64,000 nucleotides of DNA, from NCBI GenBank assembly GCA_958009085.1, contig OY253682.1:372001-436000 (forward strand), read 5' to 3'. Numbering within the stretch: the stretch's first letter is position 1; each line of letters starts with the position of its first letter. This stretch comes from Protoeuglena noctilucae. Taxonomy: Eukaryota. Below, piece by piece: positions 52,134 to 64,000 of this stretch. Under the pieces are notes generated by a model that saw only the letters and a list, made by a program, of their open reading frames with translations, was not told where the DNA came from and made no database searches. Position numbers and translations under genes: made by a program.

Positions 52134-53216
52134 ATGCCGGTGGGCGGGCTGGAGCCTCCGCCGGCCGAGGACGAGGTGGTGCGGGAGCAAGAGGAGAAGC
52201 AGGGGGCCATCTTCATCCTCGAAGGGGCGACGTTGGAGGCGAGGGCGCCGATGGGCACTAGCATGCATGGCGCTGTTCGGCGAGGCCGTGGAGGGCTTTG
52301 CGGCGGCGACCCGACTTCCGCAGAACGCGGCCGCCGCGCGTCACGACAGCCACGAGGGCGGACGCGGACCCTCCCGCCTCGCCCGCAGCTTGGGAAGGTC
52401 GGGAAGACGCTGCAGTTGCTGAACTGCGACGACCACAAGACTTTCCTGACGAAAAACAAGAAGGACCCCGCGGACTACCGCCCCGACATCTGCCACCAGG
52501 CCCTGCTCACGATTCTCGACTCGCCGCTGGTGAGGGATCCAGCGCGACTTGTCACGTGGCCCATGACGCGACCACTTTTGGGTCCTCGAGAGCTGGCCGC
52601 CCCTTTCCTGAGCTGCAGAACAAGGCGGGCAAGGTGCGTGCTGTGTACGTCCACACGAAGAAGAACGTGCTGTTCCAGGTGCACACGCAAGTGAGACTCC
52701 CGAGGACCTTCCGCCGTTTCTCCGGGCTCATGACGCAGCTCCTGCAGAAGCTCTCCATCCGTGCTACGAACGGCTCTGACCGGGTACGACTGCATGGCGT
52801 GCATGGGCGAGGCAGAGCATCTGTGGTCGACTTGGTGCTGTTCGCAGCATAGCTCTTCGCGATAACCTCGGTGCTGTTCGCAGCATAGCTCTTCGCGATA
52901 ACCTCACTCCCTCCCCCGCCTTGGTGCGCCGCAGCTTCTCAAAGTCATCAAGGGGCCTGTCACAAAGTACCTGCCAGGGGACGCACCGCGCATCGGTTTC
53001 TCCAGCAAAGCCCCGCTGGTCCCCATGCACAAGTGGGCGATGGACAACGTCCCGGACGACAAGCCCGCGGTGTTCGTCGTCGGCGCCTTTGCCCACGGCT
53101 CCATCGACGCTGCGTACACCGACACGACCATCTCCCTCTCCCAGTACCCGCTGAGCGCCGCCTGCGCCATCAGCCGCATCACGAACGCCCTCGAAATCAA
53201 GTGGGGCGTCTTGTGA
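52134..53216 (+). CDS. EMG1: EMG1/NEP1 18S rRNA pseudouridine N1-methyltransferase (SPOUT)
   Basis: [80 protein letters not shown]. Confidence 0.95.
52834..52905. repeat. Perfect 36-bp direct tandem duplication in EMG1 intron 3
   Basis: ggtgctgttcgcagcatagctcttcgcgataacctc at 52834-52869 and 52870-52905. Confidence 0.95.
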
Positions 53217-53376
53217 GTCGTTGCACTACTTGTACAGGACACCGGATTCCGTTGAAGCCCTGCATTCACGCGTTCCCCCTGACAGCAGCACTGAAACACA
53301 ACCACACATGATGAGAGACGCACGTTGGCTCAAATCCTTCCAATGACGCGACAGCCAGCGACGCCCACTCGACGCT

Positions 53377-54384
53377 TCACCCCTTCCGTGCTGTGCACAC
53401 CAGGTACACCTCCTTGCTCTCAGCACGTGTCCCCTGCGCACACACAGGCTCGTCCACCGTCGCCCCTTAAACCACCATGCTGGGCATGCGGGATGCCATG
53501 CGGGATGCCAATGCGACACCCACGCTCGCCTTGGGCCGGAAGAGCCGCACGTTGCTGAAGTGAGGGCGGGCCTGTGCGACCAAGTCTGTGAGTCCCACCC
53601 CTTGGATGACCTTCCCCACGAAGTTGCCTCCGGGCAACAAGAGACCCTGGTGCTGGGCACCTGGCACTGGGTCGCTCTGCCCGACAGCGATCTCTGCAGC
53701 AATCGCAGCACCCTCGTTGCGACGTCTCTGCCCTCCAGACCCGAACGCCCTTTCAAGCGCGTTTCCGCCCCTCGGCTCACCCAGCGCCTGTCGTGCGGTC
53801 GCCACCGACCGCAGCGCATCAAACAGCGCGATGCCCGACAGGTCGGGACACAAGTCGCTGAGGACGGCGTGGGCGGGGCCACCGAGGGCTGCCCGGGCCT
53901 GGGCCAGGACTGCCGGGTCGAACACATCCCCCTGCGCGCTTTCGTTAGCAGCGTCGAGCGTCACGCCAGCCTAGCTGGGAGCGACACGCCTCCCTCACCA
54001 TCCATGGCCCACCTGGATCGTGCGGACGTTCTCGGCACAGAACTTGGCGGGCACGGGCGTCTCCTTGAGGTCGACCCCGACCACAGCGCCAGCGCCAGGC
54101 CCCACGCTCTGGGATGCGACCTGGAGCCAGGAGCCCGGGTGGCAGCCGAGGTCGAGCACCCGGGCGCCCCGGGGGACGACGCGGAACCGGTCCTGGATCT
54201 CCAGCAACTTAAAGGCGCTTCGCGCCAAGTAGCCGACTCGCTTGGCATCCCTGAAGAAGGCGTCGTGCAGCACCCGGCCATGGACGCGGGCCGGCATCCG
54301 GGCCAAGCCGTATGGGTCAAAAGGGGCGGGGCGGCGAACGAGATGAGTGTTCCAACGTGCAGGGTCGCGGGGGCGAGTAGCCAT
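53377..54384 (-). CDS. RlmE/FtsJ-family rRNA 2'-O-methyltransferase (organellar type)
   Basis: GYLARSAFKLLEI, VLDLGCHPGSWLQV, VGVDL, GDV, VLSDLCPDLSG, GGNFVGKV, RPK|GTRAESKEVY; K-D-K-E catalytic tetrad present. Confidence 0.92.
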
Positions 54385-54672
54385 GTCAAATCCGTCATGC
54401 CCAGTGGCGGTTCAGACGAATAACGCACTTCTCGGCCTTCTTTTCCTTTCCTGGCGTGTCACATTTTCTGGCGGGTAGGTTCTTTGAGAACCCCCACCTC
54501 CCGCGGCCTTCAACGTTAACTCATCCCCGCTTTCACGGATGGAGAGCGGGACCCGTGCACGTAGTGCCTCCCTTCGTGGGAGAGTTTGCCGCGAGCCGCA
54601 ACGCAGCCGCGCGTCTCGGTAATTTGGGGTCCTGCAAAAGCCCGGCGGGCGTTTTGATGGTCGCGCGCTGCC

Positions 54673-57600
54673 ATGGGCTTCTGCTTCGGCAGGCCTCTCG
54701 TCCACTCCGACAATAGCAGAGCCAGCGGGCCCGGATTGAGCGAAAAAGGTGAATCTCTGGAACCGAACGCGCTTCTGCCGGCGACCCGGCCTCAGGTGGC
54801 CCGATCCCGCGCCCCCACCGTTTCTGTGCCACCCCTTCGCAGAGGCCGACTCGCTCAAGACTCGCTCCCTCCCCAGCGAGAAGGTGGAAGCTGCAGAATC
54901 CCCTCCACCGGTGAGCGCGGGCTGTTGGCGTCCCAGGGCGTACACGTGTGGGGTGGATGCCACTACCTCTGCGCAAGGGGCCTGGACCGAGGGCAGGCCG
55001 GGATGGTGTGGGATTGCCTCTCACGCCTTGTTTGTCGAAATCCGAGCAGGTCCGGCCGCGCGTGAAGCCGTCCCGGTGCTCCCATGAGCGCAGGCTGCAC
55101 TGCGAGCGCGGCAGACTGCCCCCGCGGGCCAGCAGGCGCTTCCGGATCACCCTTTCAACCTATCGCCTCTGCGGACAAGGGAGAGCGAATCCGCTCGAGG
55201 TCAGGACCTGCTCAGCGCTCTATTTGCGCTCCCCAGTGCCGCATTGGTGTCGCTGGGACCGTGTCGCTCCCGGCTCCACAAACACGCGTTTGCTGTCCTT
55301 GCTGCGCAGCGGCCTCGGACGGAGGGAAGAACAACGTTTCGCAGCTGACCTCCAGCGTGCCGTCGCGTCGCGATGTGCCTGCCGAGGCTGCCGATGACGA
55401 CCTGCACCCCTCCACCAGGGGGGGGGCCGATGCCAGGCCACCCGCCGATGCCCTTCGGTCGATGAGCCACAGCGCGCGCATCCTCTTCAAATCTGTGTCT
55501 GACCGAGTCCTTGGCGGTGGGCGGAGGCGCAAGGCGCGGGACGCGGTCCTGGGCAAAGTGCTTGCGGAGATCCGATCCCTGGCGGGGCTCATTGAGGAGA
55601 ATGAGAGAGGTGCGGGCCCCGCGAAACAGATGCAGTGCGCTTACGTCTGGTCTATCACCTCCCGTCACAGACTCTCATGACGTCTGTCCACATGTGTGCC
55701 GCTCGCGTGCCCGCAGTCCTGGAGGGTCTGCACGAGCGACGGGCGCGCCTCCGCCGCGAGATCGACACGATGGCGCAGATCCGCGCCAACTCGCTGCGAG
55801 CGGCCCAGATGCAGGCGCTCGTGCCGGGCCCGGACGGCAAGGCCCCAGCGCAGGAGGACAAGCCCGCGGACCCGCCCCCCGCGTCCCACCCCGTCTCGCA
55901 CTCGTCGAGCACACACCAGGGCGGCACGCGCCTCCGCCGCTCGTCGCTGGACGGCGTGGCCCCCGGGGCCGGCCCCGCCCAGTCGCCAGCCCCGGTGTTT
56001 GCCGAGAGTGAAGCGGGGGAGCATCGGGACGACCATCGCGACGACCCCCTGCTGCTGCATGGAGCGACGAGCTTCGCGACGAGCACGACGAGCGGCAAGC
56101 TGAGCACGCGGCCCTCGCGGCTGGCGGCCTCGTCGGGCCCGCTGTCCGCGGCGGTGGCGGCGTCGGTGGCGCGCCGGTCGGTGGACGAGGGGCAGGGGGA
56201 CGCGGCGGGGGAGGCCCTAGTGGGCCGACCGGTCGAGTACCGAATGGACGACGACGCGATCGAGTGGCTGGGGTCGGGGGAGATGCACGACGAGGATGGC
56301 AGGGGCGTGGCGCTCGTGGTAGACCCCGCGGAGGCCAGCCACGCCGTGCGGGCCGCAGCGGCCGTGGCTCAGGTCCTGGCGATGGACGAGTCGCAGTGGA
56401 CGTTCGAGTCGTGGATGAGGATGCTCAGGTCCACGTGAGTGACGCTGGGGGGCTGCTGGCGCAGCAGCTGCGTGTCTGAGGCAGCAAAGTCGGCATGTGG
56501 CGACGCGTGCGGGACGTTGGTGTGTTGCAGGAGGGGGCACGGGGACGGTGGGGCCGCGCGAGGGATCGGCACGATCCCTGAGGAAGCGTCCGGGGAGGTG
56601 GGGCGCGACAGCGGGGGCAGCGGGGTGATGGAGAAGGGCGGCGCGAAGGAGGGCGGCCACGAACTCTACACCCTGGGTGGACGAGAGCGGGGTAAGCAGG
56701 CCCGGCAGAGGTAGCCGTGGCATGCGGATGTCCGTGCGACCACCGCGTATGAGTCATAGGTCATACCTCAAGGGCAAGCGCGGTGTCCCTGCTGACGGGC
56801 GACATGACACTCATGTACGTGCTTTTCCCGCAGGGGGAGTCACGGGGGTCGCGGCGCGGAAGGTGCCTGGCCTGGACCTGAGCACGGCAGAGTGCCTGGG
56901 GTCCGAGGCGAGCTCGGGCAGCCAGCAGCGCGTGAGCGACACCGCTCCGGTGCTGTCGGACGCGGAGTGGGCGCAGCTGCACCGTTTCACCAGCGAGCGC
57001 GTGGGGGCGCTGGCGGCGGCCACGGGGGAGTACTTTGCGACCCTGGAGACGGTCGCGGAGCGCTTGGACAGCCAGCAGGGCCTGCACGTGGACGGAGGGG
57101 GCGCAACAGCCGAGCGGGGCGGTTTGGTGGCCTTCCTGGGTGTGGGAGCGGGCGCGTCGCTGCGGGGTGGCCCGGCCGTGTCCATCGCCTCGGACGCGAC
57201 GAGCGTCGGCATGACTCACGAGATTGCGGGGATGGTCGGGGACTTCTTTGGGGCCCTGTCGCAACACACGTCGTTCCAGTCCAACGCCACCCGGAGTCGC
57301 GGGTCGGTGCTGGCCTCGACGAACAGGTGAGAGCAACACTCGATGGGCTGATGCTCTGTGAAGCTCACCTTCGCGAGCCTGCCGGTACACTTACATGCCA
57401 CCTGCATGTAACTCCCCTCCCCTGTGCGGTGGGGTCAACCAAGCCCCCCCGCGCTCTCCGGACGCAGCCAAGCCCTGACAGGACCCCCGACGTCCTCGAG
57501 AGCCATGGAGTCGGACCGGTCTCTGCCTCTGATGTCCAGCGAGCGGTCCGGGTTCCACACCGACCTCAGCAACCCCAGCGCCAAGTCGAGCAACCGCTCC

Positions 57601-60128
57601 GGGGCGTCCAACGGCATGGAGGCGGCCGGNNNNNNNNNNNNNNNNNNNNNNNNNNNNNNNNNNNNNNNNNNNNNNNNNNNNNNNNNNNNNNNNNNNNNNN
57701 NNNNNNNNNNNNNNNNNNNNNNNNNNNNNNNNNNNNNNNNNNNNNNNNNNNNNNNNNNNNNNNNNNNNNNNNNNNNNNNNNNNNNNNNNNNNNNNNNNNN
57801 NNNNNNNNNNNNNNNNNNNNNNNNNNNNNGACGCTTGCGTGCTCAGCTACCCAGGGCGTGCTAGGACGCACCTCGCGGCCCTCGCATGCTGCTGTGCCCG
57901 TCGCATGTGTGCCGTGCCCTTCCGTGCTCGCAGGTCTCACCAAGGACAGTGGGAGGGACGCGGCGTCCGTGGGTGCGGCGTCCACCCACCGCGCCCTGGC
58001 ACACTTCCGGGACGTGAGGGCGTCGTCCCACATTGCCTCGCAAGCACACGACAGCCGGAGCCAGTCCGGCGCGCGCCCCGCCTCGCCGCGCGCCCTCGCG
58101 TTGGACACCCAGCGGTCGGCAGGCAACGCGGCGCTCGTCTTGGACGCGAGCTCAATGCCCGGGTCGTCGGGGCGGGTGGTGCCATCCCAGCACGCCCGCT
58201 CGCTGTCTTCGGGCCACACGGCCGACGGGCAGGCGCGGCTGTCGGCCGACGGAGGGCCTGCGTCGGAGAGGAAACAGCAAGATTCTCCCTCCGCGGAGGG
58301 CGATGGGGGTGGGACTGGGACGGCTGATACGGAGGGCGCGGGGTCGCCGGACAGCAGCGTGCCTGCCAGTCTGGCGGCGCCTGCGAGGCGCGCGGACGAC
58401 GCGTGGCCGGCCGTGGCGGTGGATAGCAGGTCGGGGGGGGTCGCGGCGGGGGCGACGACGACGGCAGAGGATGCGGCCGCTGGGGAGGCGCTGCGGTGAG
58501 GGCTGGCCCTGGCTGATCTGACCAGGCGACGGCCGGTCGGTAGCGGTGTAATTAACGTTTATGGCGCGCATCTATTGCTCGCAGTCGTTTGTTTGAGGAG
58601 GTGGAGCGCGGCGTGCAGGCCGGCCACGTGCCGTCCGTCACGTACAGCATCAGCATGGAGCGGGTGCACGCGCTGCTGGTGAGCAGGCGCCCGGGGTGTC
58701 CTCAGCTCAATGTCCCGACCCTCGGTTGCGCCCCCGGCTGTGAGCGACCGTCCCACTCGCCACTTGCGCCTGGCATGCCACGACCCCCTCTTCCCCTCTC
58801 TTGCGCCTCGCAGGCCGCACTGAATTCGACCGAAGACGACGACGAGATCATCGCCCGGGCCCAGACCCTCGCCGCGGAGATCGCCAACAGCGCCCGTGAC
58901 GCGTTGCCCAAGAGGCGACTCTTCTCCTAAAGGGCGATCGACGACCGCAGTCAACTCCCCGACCTCGACGGCCGTTCGGTCGCCAGCCACAGTGAGCAGC
59001 CGCCCCGCGCATGCGCCCGTGCCTCATGACGCTTGCGTGCTCAGCTACCCAGGGCGTGCTAGGACGCACCTCGCGGCCCTCGCATGCTGCTGTGCCCGTC
59101 GCATGTGTGCCGTGCCCTTCCGTGCTCGCAGGTCTCACCAAGGACAGTGGGAGGGACGCGGCGTCCGTGGGTGCGGCGTCCACCCACCGCGCCCTGGCAC
59201 ACTTCCGGGACGTGAGGGCGTCGTCCCACATTGCCTCGCAAGCACACGACAGCCGGAGCCAGTCCGGCGCGCGCCCCGCCTCGCCGCGCGCCCTCGCGTT
59301 GGACACCCAGCGGTCGGCAGGCAACGCGGCGCTCGTCTTGGACGCGAGCTCAATGCCCGGGTCGTCGGGGCGGGTGGTGCCATCCCAGCACGCCCGCTCG
59401 CTGTCTTCGGGCCACACGGCCGACGGGCAGGCGCGGCTGTCGGCCGACGGAGGGCCTGCGTCGGAGAGGAAACAGCAAGATTCTCCCTCCGCGGAGGGCG
59501 ATGGGGGTGGGACTGGGACGGCTGATACGGAGGGCGCGGGGTCGCCGGACAGCAGCGTGCCTGCCAGTCTGGCGGCGCCTGCGAGGCGCGCGGACGACGC
59601 GTGGCCGGCCGTGGCGGTGGATAGCAGGTCGGGGGGGGTCGCGGCGGGGGCGACGACGACGGCAGAGGATGCGGCCGCTGGGGAGGCGCTGCGGTGAGGG
59701 CTGGCCCTGGCTGATCTGACCAGGCGACGGCCGGTCGGTAGCGGTGTAATTAACGTTTATGGCGCGCATCTATTGCTCGCAGTCGTTTGTTTGAGGAGGT
59801 GGAGCGCGGCGTGCAGGCCGGCCACGTGCCGTCCGTCACGTACAGCATCAGCATGGAGCGGGTGCACGCGCTGCTGGTGAGCAGGCGCCCGGGGTGTCCT
59901 CAGCTCAATGTCCCGACCCTCGGTTGCGCCCCCGGCTGTGAGCGACCGTCCCACTCGCCACTTGCGCCTGGCATGCCACGACCCCCTCTTCCCCTCTCTT
60001 GCGCCTCGCAGGCCGCACTGAATTCGACCGAAGACGACGACGAGATCATCGCCCGGGCCCAGACCCTCGCCGCGGAGATCGCCAACAGCGCCCGTGACGC
60101 GTTGCCCAAGAGGCGACTCTTCTCCTAA
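54673..60128 (+). CDS. Hypothetical multi-exon, largely disordered protein with N-terminal MGFCFGR; interrupted by an N-gap and a duplicated segment
   Basis: Series of GT-AG exons (e.g. MGFCFGR...SEK|, ...LIEENER|, VLEGLHERRARLRREID..., ...AALNSTEDDDEIIARAQTLAAEIANSARDALPKRRLFS TAA). Linking the first exon to the rest is inferred. Confidence 0.5.
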
Positions 60129-60130
60129 AG
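57830..60130. repeat. Exact direct duplication of about 1.1 kb (57830-58932 = 59028-60130) abutting the N-gap 57630-57829
   Basis: Identical sequence at offset 1198, with identical ORF translations in the track; copy 1 starts exactly at the gap edge. Confidence 0.93.
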
Positions 60131-60826
60131 ATGGAGTTTCAAGAAAACCTTGCTGCCACCATGCGCCCATGCCCGGCCAGGGGCCCCTCCTCTCCTCTCC
60201 TTTCGGATGCAAAGTGGCTGGGCAGCGCATTTCCCGTTTCTCACCCACCCTTGGTCTCCCTTGCCCCTCATTGCGATGCTCGATTGGCTGCCCTGCTGGG
60301 TGCGCCCCACGTAGGCACCCGCTCGCATCGCGCTCGCCATCCGCGAGCGCCGCGCAGCCGTCTATTGACCAGCGGAATCGCCTGCCGTGACCTTTGGCCT
60401 TTGCACATGCTCGCCGCCGTCCTCCTAGGGCACCCACGCCCGTCGTTAGGCTTGTCCTTCCATCCTTACTCGCTCATTCCACCGCCCCTCCTAGTCGCCT
60501 GGTATGTCCCTGATGCGACCATAATACGACGTCCTGTCCTTTGGCCCCTTGATGCTTGGCCCCCTGTCGCACGATGCGAGGTGTCATGCCCGCGGTGGGA
60601 CCGGGATAGGGCGTCCTGCGTTCTCAAACAGGCGCAGTGCACTCCCTGGATAGATAGGTCCCTGACAGCGATTGAGGAGCCTTGATTGAAGGAGCAGTGG
60701 CTTCTAGACCGAGGCTTATTGGTTTCTACAAGCGCGCGACTCAGATGATCTACACAACTACGTCCATCGATCTTGCGCAACTGAACACAGCCGCCGGGTG
60801 CGTGCAACAACAGAGACTGAGATAGA

Positions 60827-60944
60827 CAGGCTGAGCCACCCCATGCTGAGATGCAGGCTGAGCCAACCCATGCTGAGATGCAGGCTGAGCCAACCCATGC
60901 TGAGATGCAGGCTGAGCCACCCCATGCTGAGATGCAGGCTGAGC
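60827..60944. repeat. 27-bp minisatellite, about 4.4 copies, between convergent genes
   Basis: caggctgagcca(c/a)cccatgctgagatg at 60827, 60854, 60881 and 60908, with a partial copy at 60935. Confidence 0.95.
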
Positions 60945-61080
60945 GACCCACTGTTGGACAGCCAGCCAGCTCTTCGTGCCTTTACGCCTTGTGACCCTCC
61001 ATGACTCTGCATGTGCTGCGAGGTGCGTGCGCCAATCCAAGCGTCTTCATGCTTGTAGCTCCCCATGTGCTGCGAAGTCT

Positions 61081-63758
61081 TCATGCCTTGTGGCTCTCCA
61101 TGGGCTGCGAGGTTCGTGAGCTCCGCGCGTTGGCCGAGGCCGAGGGTGACAGGGAGGAGGACGGCACGGAGGGCGAGGCTCCGTGCCGCACAGATTGGAA
61201 GCCCGCCGTCATGCGGAGGTTCGCCTGGTTGATCTGCGAGGGCGAACGACGCCAGTCTGGTCGAGGGATAGAACGCCGGTCTGGTCCAACGATACCGTGA
61301 GGGTGTAACACAGCACTACTGGCTCAGCCATGGCCCACCACTGCACGACACCATTAACCCCGCCACGCATCTCCTCATTCTTGCAGCGTGGTCAGCAGCC
61401 ATACGTGGCTCTGTCGCGACCACCAGGTCCCTCCAGGCTACCCTCACCGGTGGCGGCAGCTCCAATCCGGGGAAGTGCGACCGCTCCGGGGCAAGCATCG
61501 ACATCCAGAAGACCACGCACCCCGCCAGTCCCTCGTACAGACTCTGCGGGCATGGCCAGGCGCAGGCTGTGATGCAGATGTCCTGTCAAAGATCACAAGT
61601 CTAAACACTTTTGACAAACGCGCTGTGCCTCGTCTCATGGCAAAAGTCCCTCTCTCAGCCAATGGCACTTTGCTCCCTCACCAGTGGGTTGTCCGGCACG
61701 TTCAGCAGCCTCTCCCAGCTCTCGGCAGCGAACAGCGCAAAGAGCTTTGCCCGGTCGAGCATCCGCTGCGACTTGGTGGCGCGCCACGCGGACAGCAGCG
61801 CCAGTCCGTTGCCAGAGATGCCGTGGCACAGGCCGACGCCCTTGGTCAGGAGGCCGCGGGACCACACTGCGAGCCATCGGGTCGCATCGGTATATGATGA
61901 CCGAATGTCATCAGAGTCATCACACTCGCCCCAGTCAGCAGCTGCCCTGTCATCACAGTCATCGCACTCACCGCAGTCGGCGGCTGCTACGAGCGCCTTG
62001 TGGCCCTCCTCGAGCGTGGGCCTCGTCAGGTTGGTCAGGCTGGGGAGCATGTGGGAGAGGAGGAGGAGGAGGCCCGGGGCACCGTGGCATATCTGCACGA
62101 GCTTGTCGTTAATTGATCCGAGAGACGAGGGCAGGTTGCCAGTCTGCGTGGGCAAGACAGGGTCTGTCTCAATCGATGTGGGGTTGTGGGGTGGAAGGGG
62201 GCGGCACACAGGGCCGGGGCTCGGGTACACGCTGAACAATGCATTTCATCCACCACGCCACCTCGCTGATGGTCGAAAGGAGACGGCCCAGCCCAGCATG
62301 CGTGACTTGCCTTGCTGATGGTCGAGATGAGGCCGCCCAGGATGCGCCGGGCCGCCTGCCGGGGGTCTGCGGGGCTCTGATCCTCCAGGAACCCCAGACT
62401 GTCCCACCCCACCTCTGACCCTGCCTGCAAGAGGGCCAAGGCGATCCCCGCGTACCCGTGAATGGCGCCCAGGTACACCGACCCATGCCACTGCCAGTGG
62501 TGTCCAAACGTCGCCAATGCCTGGGGGGGCAAACGCAGATGTACCTCGCAACTCCCACCGAGCCACTCCCCCGCATCGGAGATCAGTGAGAAACCGCCGG
62601 GAGAAACGAAGATGTACCTTGAAACCTCGACCAAGCCACTCCCCTGCATTGGAGGTCATGGTCAACAAGAAACAGCCGGCCCTGACATTCCCATCAAAAG
62701 CTGCATCTCTCACCTCCACTGCGACGTTGCCGCCCTCCGCTGCGCCGCCCTCCGCCTCCAGTTCGTCCATCTGCTCGCCCGCCGACAGGATTTGATCCAT
62801 GACGTCTCGACACAGCCCCGACGCCACGGCCCCTGGCCCACGCAGCCGCTCCAGAAAGGCCAGGGACCACAGGTACCCAGCCCGGCCATATAGCAGCTGC
62901 GGGAAATGCGAGGAGGCGCAGGGAGCTCGCCAGAGGCCCGGAGTAGTGTGCCGGGCTTGGTCGGCAGGTCACGCTGCACAGAGCAACGATGGCATCGGCA
63001 CCCTGAGCATGTATGGGCACCCCTTGCTGTGCCTGGCCACCCGCTGCGCTTGCACACAACAACTCGTCCCCTCCCACCTCGCATTCCCCCGCGGGCATCG
63101 CCGCCACCTCCTGTGCCATCCCTTCCAGCTTGCGCCTTGCCGCCTCCGCCTCCTCCATTCGCCCGGCCTGCGCGGCAGCCACCACGCGCAGCGCCAGCGC
63201 CCCGGACGAGCCCTCCAGGAACGTGACTCGTGATTTGCTGAAACGCATCCGCTTCTCCAGAATGCTCAGCCAGGTGTCGGCCTTGGCGACGCAGTGCTGC
63301 GCCGTGAGGCCTGGGAGGAAGCGGTGCAGCAGCGCCTCCTTGGGAGAGCCCACGGGGATCTGACTCACGATGTCGCCGATGGCGAGGTACATCAGGCTGC
63401 GCGGGAAGAACGACGGGAGCGGTCTAGGTAATGGCGTTCCTGAGCCGCTGCTCGCGGGAAAGAGCCTCCAGGCGCGCACCTGAGGCCCCCGACACCAGTG
63501 TATATACTCGGTCCTTGCAACCCCTTGGTCAAATCGTGCGAGGCGTAGTTCTCGATCGTCTGGATGGCGCGCGACGCAGCGGACAGGCAGCGGGCCAGGA
63601 CCTCGTCGTCTGGAGGAACCTGCGGTGGATTTCGTCGGAAGCGTTGAGATGAAGAAGCTTCATGCTATGTGCCGGCGAGACAGGGTACGGCAGCGCTGGC
63701 AAATAACCACCTTGTCCTCCCGCATGGTATTCACGAAGTGCCTCGGCTTTGACGACAT
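61081..63758 (-). CDS. LanC-like protein (LANCL/GCR2 family)
   Basis: MSSKPRHFVN, SIYTGVGG, VTFLEGSSG, E|LLYGRAGYL, WQWHGSVYLGAIHGYAGI, GNLPSS, LVQICHGAPG, VWSRGLLTKGVGLCHGISGNG, SLYEGLAG, FPGLEL. The final exon is uncertain (stop at 61081 if spliced, 61316 if not). Confidence 0.93.
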
Positions 63759-64000
63759 CAATCCGCGGCCTGGCAAGAGGTGCCGGTGGCAGGTTTCTGC
63801 TTTCGCCCGCGCAAGTTGGCGAATATTTGCTGGGGAGGAAGAGTGTGAGAAGCAGAAAAACTGGCGAGGGCACTACCAGCCTGGAAACCGCTGCTACAGC
63901 TGATACGCAGCCACAACCTCCACACACGTTTGCCGAGTTCCGTGGGCGCAGCCATGCCCCGGATGGCGGGAAGCCCCGCCATCTGAGAAGGTTGCTTTGA

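Noticed and set aside
52134..54384. Functional cluster of two rRNA methyltransferases
   Set aside because: Different folds (SPOUT vs Rossmann) and probably different compartments; adjacency of two genes is plausibly chance.
60827..60944. CRISPR-like array
   Set aside because: Repeats are head-to-tail with no unique spacers, the context is eukaryotic and there are no cas genes. The same applies to 39031-39300 and 52834-52905.
61081..63758. Lanthipeptide/RiPP biosynthetic cluster (LanC plus ABC transporter)
   Set aside because: This is a standard eukaryotic LanCL/GCR2. No LanB/LanM/kinase or precursor peptide is visible, and the ABCG gene is about 58 kb away.

Overview
Eukaryotic nuclear DNA: very GC-rich, gene-dense, with many short spliceosomal introns. 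Most of the supplied ORF track is noise from GC-rich antisense or alternate frames. Gene content (plant-type TOM9/Tom22, PAT11-like DHHC, pKIWI502-like plastid oxidoreductase, GCR2/LanCL, CEP164) points to a flagellate green alga; this is an inference. By hand-splicing I reconstruct 19 genes in order: ABCG transporter(+), membrane-anchored LysM protein(-), RING-H2 E3(+), DAD1/OST2(-), VPS13(+), orphan(+), Nudix CoA-pyrophosphatase(-), F-box/XPA-like fusion(+), DHHC palmitoyltransferase(-), CEP164-like(+), RAD21-family kleisin(-), FNR-like oxidoreductase(+), JMJD7-like(+), TOM22/TOM9(-), H2A.Z(+), EMG1/NEP1(+), RlmE/FtsJ-like(-), MGxC orphan(+), LanCL(-). DAD1 and TOM22 are not recognisable in the ORF track. 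Most notable: (1) an F-box fused to an XPA-type zinc finger and DNA-binding domain; (2) about 11 GC-AG introns, roughly 10% by hand estimate; (3) a putatively plastid-targeted TM+LysM protein; (4) a single TAG at the catalytic Walker-B Glu of an otherwise intact ABCG gene; (5) strong strand alternation with nearly abutting convergent stop codons; (6) tandem duplications of 5' splice junctions. A 1.1-kb exact duplication beside an N-gap is probably an assembly artefact. All family calls come from remembered motifs, not database searches, and exon boundaries are manual.
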